Made by a program: the position numbers and the translations under genes. From Coriobacteriia bacterium (GTDB taxonomy: Bacteria > Actinomycetota > Coriobacteriia > WRKU01 > WQUG01): a DNA stretch of 64,000 nt. A model generated the notes under the pieces. It ran no database searches, was not told the DNA's origin, and was given only the letters and a program-made list of their open reading frames with translations. Positions within the stretch are counted from its first letter, which is position 1. Every line of letters starts with the position of its first letter. Location: NCBI GenBank assembly GCA_009779855.1, contig WRBC01000001.1, positions 85,348 through 149,347 on the forward strand. The letters are read 5' to 3'. Below, piece after piece: positions 61,863 to 64,000 of this stretch.

Positions 61863-62177
61863 CTACTTCATCAGTAGTTCGATAGCCTTATTTAGCTCCT
61901 CGATGGTTTTCTTGTCACCCGTCTCAACTGCTTCAACAATGCAGTGATCTAAGTGGTCCTTTAGGATAACTTCACAGGTGCTATTAATTGCGCTACGCAC
62001 AGCTGCAAGCTGAATTAGTACCTCAGCGCAACCACGCCCATCTTCGACCATGCCTCGCACGGCTGTTAGGTGACCAATAGCGCGTGATAGTCTGTTGAGG
62101 ACTGCCTTTGTATGAGCATGTGAATGAGTATGACCACTTTCGTGACTGTGGTCATGTGCGTGTGTAGTGCTTTGCAT
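61863..62177 (-). CDS. CsoR/RcnR-family (DUF156) metal-sensing transcriptional repressor with His-rich N-terminal tail
   Basis: N-tail HAHDHSHESGHTHSHAH; core KAVLNRLSRAIGHLTAVRGM, Cys in GRGCAEV and H-x3-C in DHLDHC (C-H-C ligand pattern). Confidence 0.8.
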   Translation of the reverse strand: MQSTTHAHDHSHESGHTHSHAHTKAVLNRLSRAIGHLTAVRGMVEDGRGCAEVLIQLAAVRSAINSTCEVILKDHLDHCIVEAVETGDKKTIEELNKAIELLMK

Positions 62178-62199
62178 GGAAATCCTTTAATGGGCCAGT

Positions 62200-62226
62200 A
62201 GTTCCGTAATCCCGCAGTTCCGTAAT
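62200..62226 (-). repeat. two copies of an 11-bp direct repeat AGTTCCGTAAT (plus-strand reading), 16-bp period, 23-50 nt upstream of the CsoR-like start
   Basis: Seen directly at 62200-62210 and 62216-62226 in the 61-nt gap between the ABC ATPase stop and the repressor start. Confidence 0.5.
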
Positions 62227-62238
62227 ATTTCAATGGTA

Positions 62239-62988
62239 TTAGTCTACAATAACAACCTTGCGGTTATTTACTTCGATGATACTTGATGCCACCCCATAGA
62301 TATCAAAGATTGCCTCTTCGGTAATGGTGGAGTCATCGCCATAGCTGTAGACTGCACCGTCTTGCATCAAGAGAAACTTGTCACAATAGCGCAAGGCGTG
62401 GCTAATATCATGCAGAACAATCAGAACAGTAAGCTGGTGATGCTTCGCTATCGCTTGCACAAAGGACAGCACGTCATGTTGGTTTTTTGGATCAAGGTTA
62501 CTTGTTGGTTCGTCTAGTAGTAGTACTCTTGGTTCCTGTGCTAAAGCGCGTGCCAGCATGACTTTCTGTAACTCCCCACCAGACAATTCATCAATAGAGC
62601 GGGTGCGGAAATCCTCAAGTTCCATGTGTTCAATTATTGCTGCACATTTCTCCACGTCCTCAGAACTAAGAGCCCAAGAGATGTAAGGCTTTCGCCCCAG
62701 AAGAACTGCGTCCATGACGGTCATCTGACTTACTTCGCTCTTTTGTGCAACGTAGGACATAGTGCGCGCGCGTTCATTGCGTGTCCTATCAAAGAAGCTT
62801 TGTCCGTCTACGTCTACTTCTCCCGATTTTGCATTCTTTATCTTACCAATGCAGGTAATCAGAGTACTCTTGCCAGCGCCATTGTTGCCTAGAATGGCTA
62901 CGCATTCTCCCGCTTGAGCCTCAAAACTAATATCGCGCAGCACGACCTTGCCCCCATATGAATGCGATATTCCCCTGACTGAGATCAT
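62239..62988 (-). CDS. ABC transporter ATP-binding protein, FecE/FhuC-type (iron-siderophore/cobalamin family importer)
   Basis: Walker A GNNGAGKST, signature LSGGELQK, Walker [13 protein letters not shown]-loop. Confidence 0.88.
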   Translation of the reverse strand: MISVRGISHSYGGKVVLRDISFEAQAGECVAILGNNGAGKSTLITCIGKIKNAKSGEVDVDGQSFFDRTRNERARTMSYVAQKSEVSQMTVMDAVLLGRKPYISWALSSEDVEKCAAIIEHMELEDFRTRSIDELSGGELQKVMLARALAQEPRVLLLDEPTSNLDPKNQHDVLSFVQAIAKHHQLTVLIVLHDISHALRYCDKFLLMQDGAVYSYGDDSTITEEAIFDIYGVASSIIEVNNRKVVIVD

Positions 62989-63019
62989 TGCCTATTGTCC
63001 TGTCGCTTGCATAGTATCT

Positions 63020-64000
63020 TTAAGCCGCCTTCTTGCCTTGTTTAATGATTAGGTATAAAAACAGTGGCGCACCCATGAAAGAGGTCAGTGCGCCAATAGG
63101 TAGTATTGCTGGTGACGCTATAGTGCGTGATGCAATGTCAGCCACTAAGATGATAATTGCGCCCATGAGTGCCGAACAGGGGATTAGGAAACGATAGTCG
63201 TTTCCGATAAGCCGCCGCACAATATGGGGAGCAATAAGTCCAATAAAGTTAATCGTTCCTACAAAGGCAATGGCTACTGCTGAGATAAGGGTACTTATTG
63301 TCATGCCTGCTAGTACCGTTCCGTCAACATTGACCCCAAGACTCTTCGCTGTGTCATTGCCAGCCTCAATCGCATTGTAGTTCCAGCGATTATAGATGAA
63401 ATATATAAGGGCAACCGCGTTAAAGGCAAAGATGATGGCAATTTCATTCCAGCCAGCGCGCCCTAGATTACCAAAGGTCCAGTGCACGATGGATGCGATT
63501 CTGATGTCATCAGCAAAGTATTGAATCAGTGCAGTTCCTGCAGTAAACATCGCACTTAATGCCACGCCAGCAAGAATGAGGGAGGTGGGACTTACCCCGC
63601 TAACACGCGCCAGCAATAGAATCACTGCTGTTGTGGCTATGCCCCCTAAGAAAGCGAATATGACCACTAAATAGGGGCTGGTAATAGTGTGAGTAACTGC
63701 AGATGCTGCCCCTAGTTGGACTCCTGCTTGAAAGAACACTATGGCAACCGCTGCCCCGAAAGATGCCCCTTGAGCGATGCCAAGGGTTGATGCGGAGGCA
63801 AGCGGATTGCGTAGCACGTTTTGCATAATGCACCCCGCCATGGCAAGGGCAACACCTACGGCGATACCTGTAGCAATTTGAGGAATGCGCACATTCAAAA
63901 CGATTGTTCTGCTGGCATCAGCTCCTGCACCAAAAAGCACACGAACAACTTCAAGTGGAGATATACCTGATGAACCAACAGACGCAGAGACTACTGCAGT
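63020..64000 (-). CDS. FecCD-family ABC importer permease (partial; N-terminus beyond window end)
   Basis: FecCD blocks RIPQIATGIAVGVALAMAG, GLIAPHIVRRL, GALTSFMGAPLFLYL; ORF open to the window edge. Confidence 0.85.
   Translation of the reverse strand, partial: TAVVSASVGSSGISPLEVVRVLFGAGADASRTIVLNVRIPQIATGIAVGVALAMAGCIMQNVLRNPLASASTLGIAQGASFGAAVAIVFFQAGVQLGAASAVTHTITSPYLVVIFAFLGGIATTAVILLLARVSGVSPTSLILAGVALSAMFTAGTALIQYFADDIRIASIVHWTFGNLGRAGWNEIAIIFAFNAVALIYFIYNRWNYNAIEAGNDTAKSLGVNVDGTVLAGMTISTLISAVAIAFVGTINFIGLIAPHIVRRLIGNDYRFLIPCSALMGAIIILVADIASRTIASPAILPIGALTSFMGAPLFLYLIIKQGKKAA

Noticed and set aside
1-64000. Prophage, IS element, integrase or CRISPR array
   Set aside because: No transposase or integrase-like ORFs, no terminal inverted repeats, no regularly spaced direct repeats; composition is uniform across the window

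Overview
This window is gene-dense, about 50% GC, and looks like chromosomal core from an anaerobic Gram-positive actinobacterium; that taxonomic call is inference from gene content, not from any search. The pointers are a pepR-like M16 peptidase next to dapB and aspartokinase, a split transketolase, a sortase with an LPXTG-type substrate, and an HgdC-type activase. I call about 55 CDS, almost all on the plus strand. They run from a cyclophilin lipoprotein, fetAB-like ABC genes, lepA, dus and hemW through the NlpC/P60 hydrolase, M16 peptidase, dapB, lysC, split tkt, ftsEX, ctpA and smpB, and on through uvrA and uvrC to the conserved block pyrH-frr-uppS-cdsA-dxr-rseP-ispG, then cysK, mnmA, mgtA, murI, rph and rdgB. 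I found no rRNA, tRNA, tmRNA, CRISPR array, IS element or integrase by eye. The less ordinary content, in descending interest, is:
- a roughly 2000-aa LPATG-anchored protein built from tandem isopeptide-type domains, with twin CxxCH motifs near its N-terminus, immediately followed by a class B sortase;
- a disrupted beta-helix surface-protein gene carrying one in-frame TAA plus a frameshift in a G5 tract;
- a 1429-aa double-activase / dehydratase-component fusion of unknown substrate;
- a P-loop kinase-like gene wedged between uvrA and uvrC with overlapping ends;
- a His-rich CsoR/RcnR-family repressor at the tail of a FecCD-type ABC operon, behind an 11-bp direct repeat;
- a 24-bp perfect palindrome just ahead of cysK;
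- a near-consensus uvrA promoter with a possible SOS half-site;
- an OmpR-type two-component system sitting beside a MacB/Bce-type ABC exporter.
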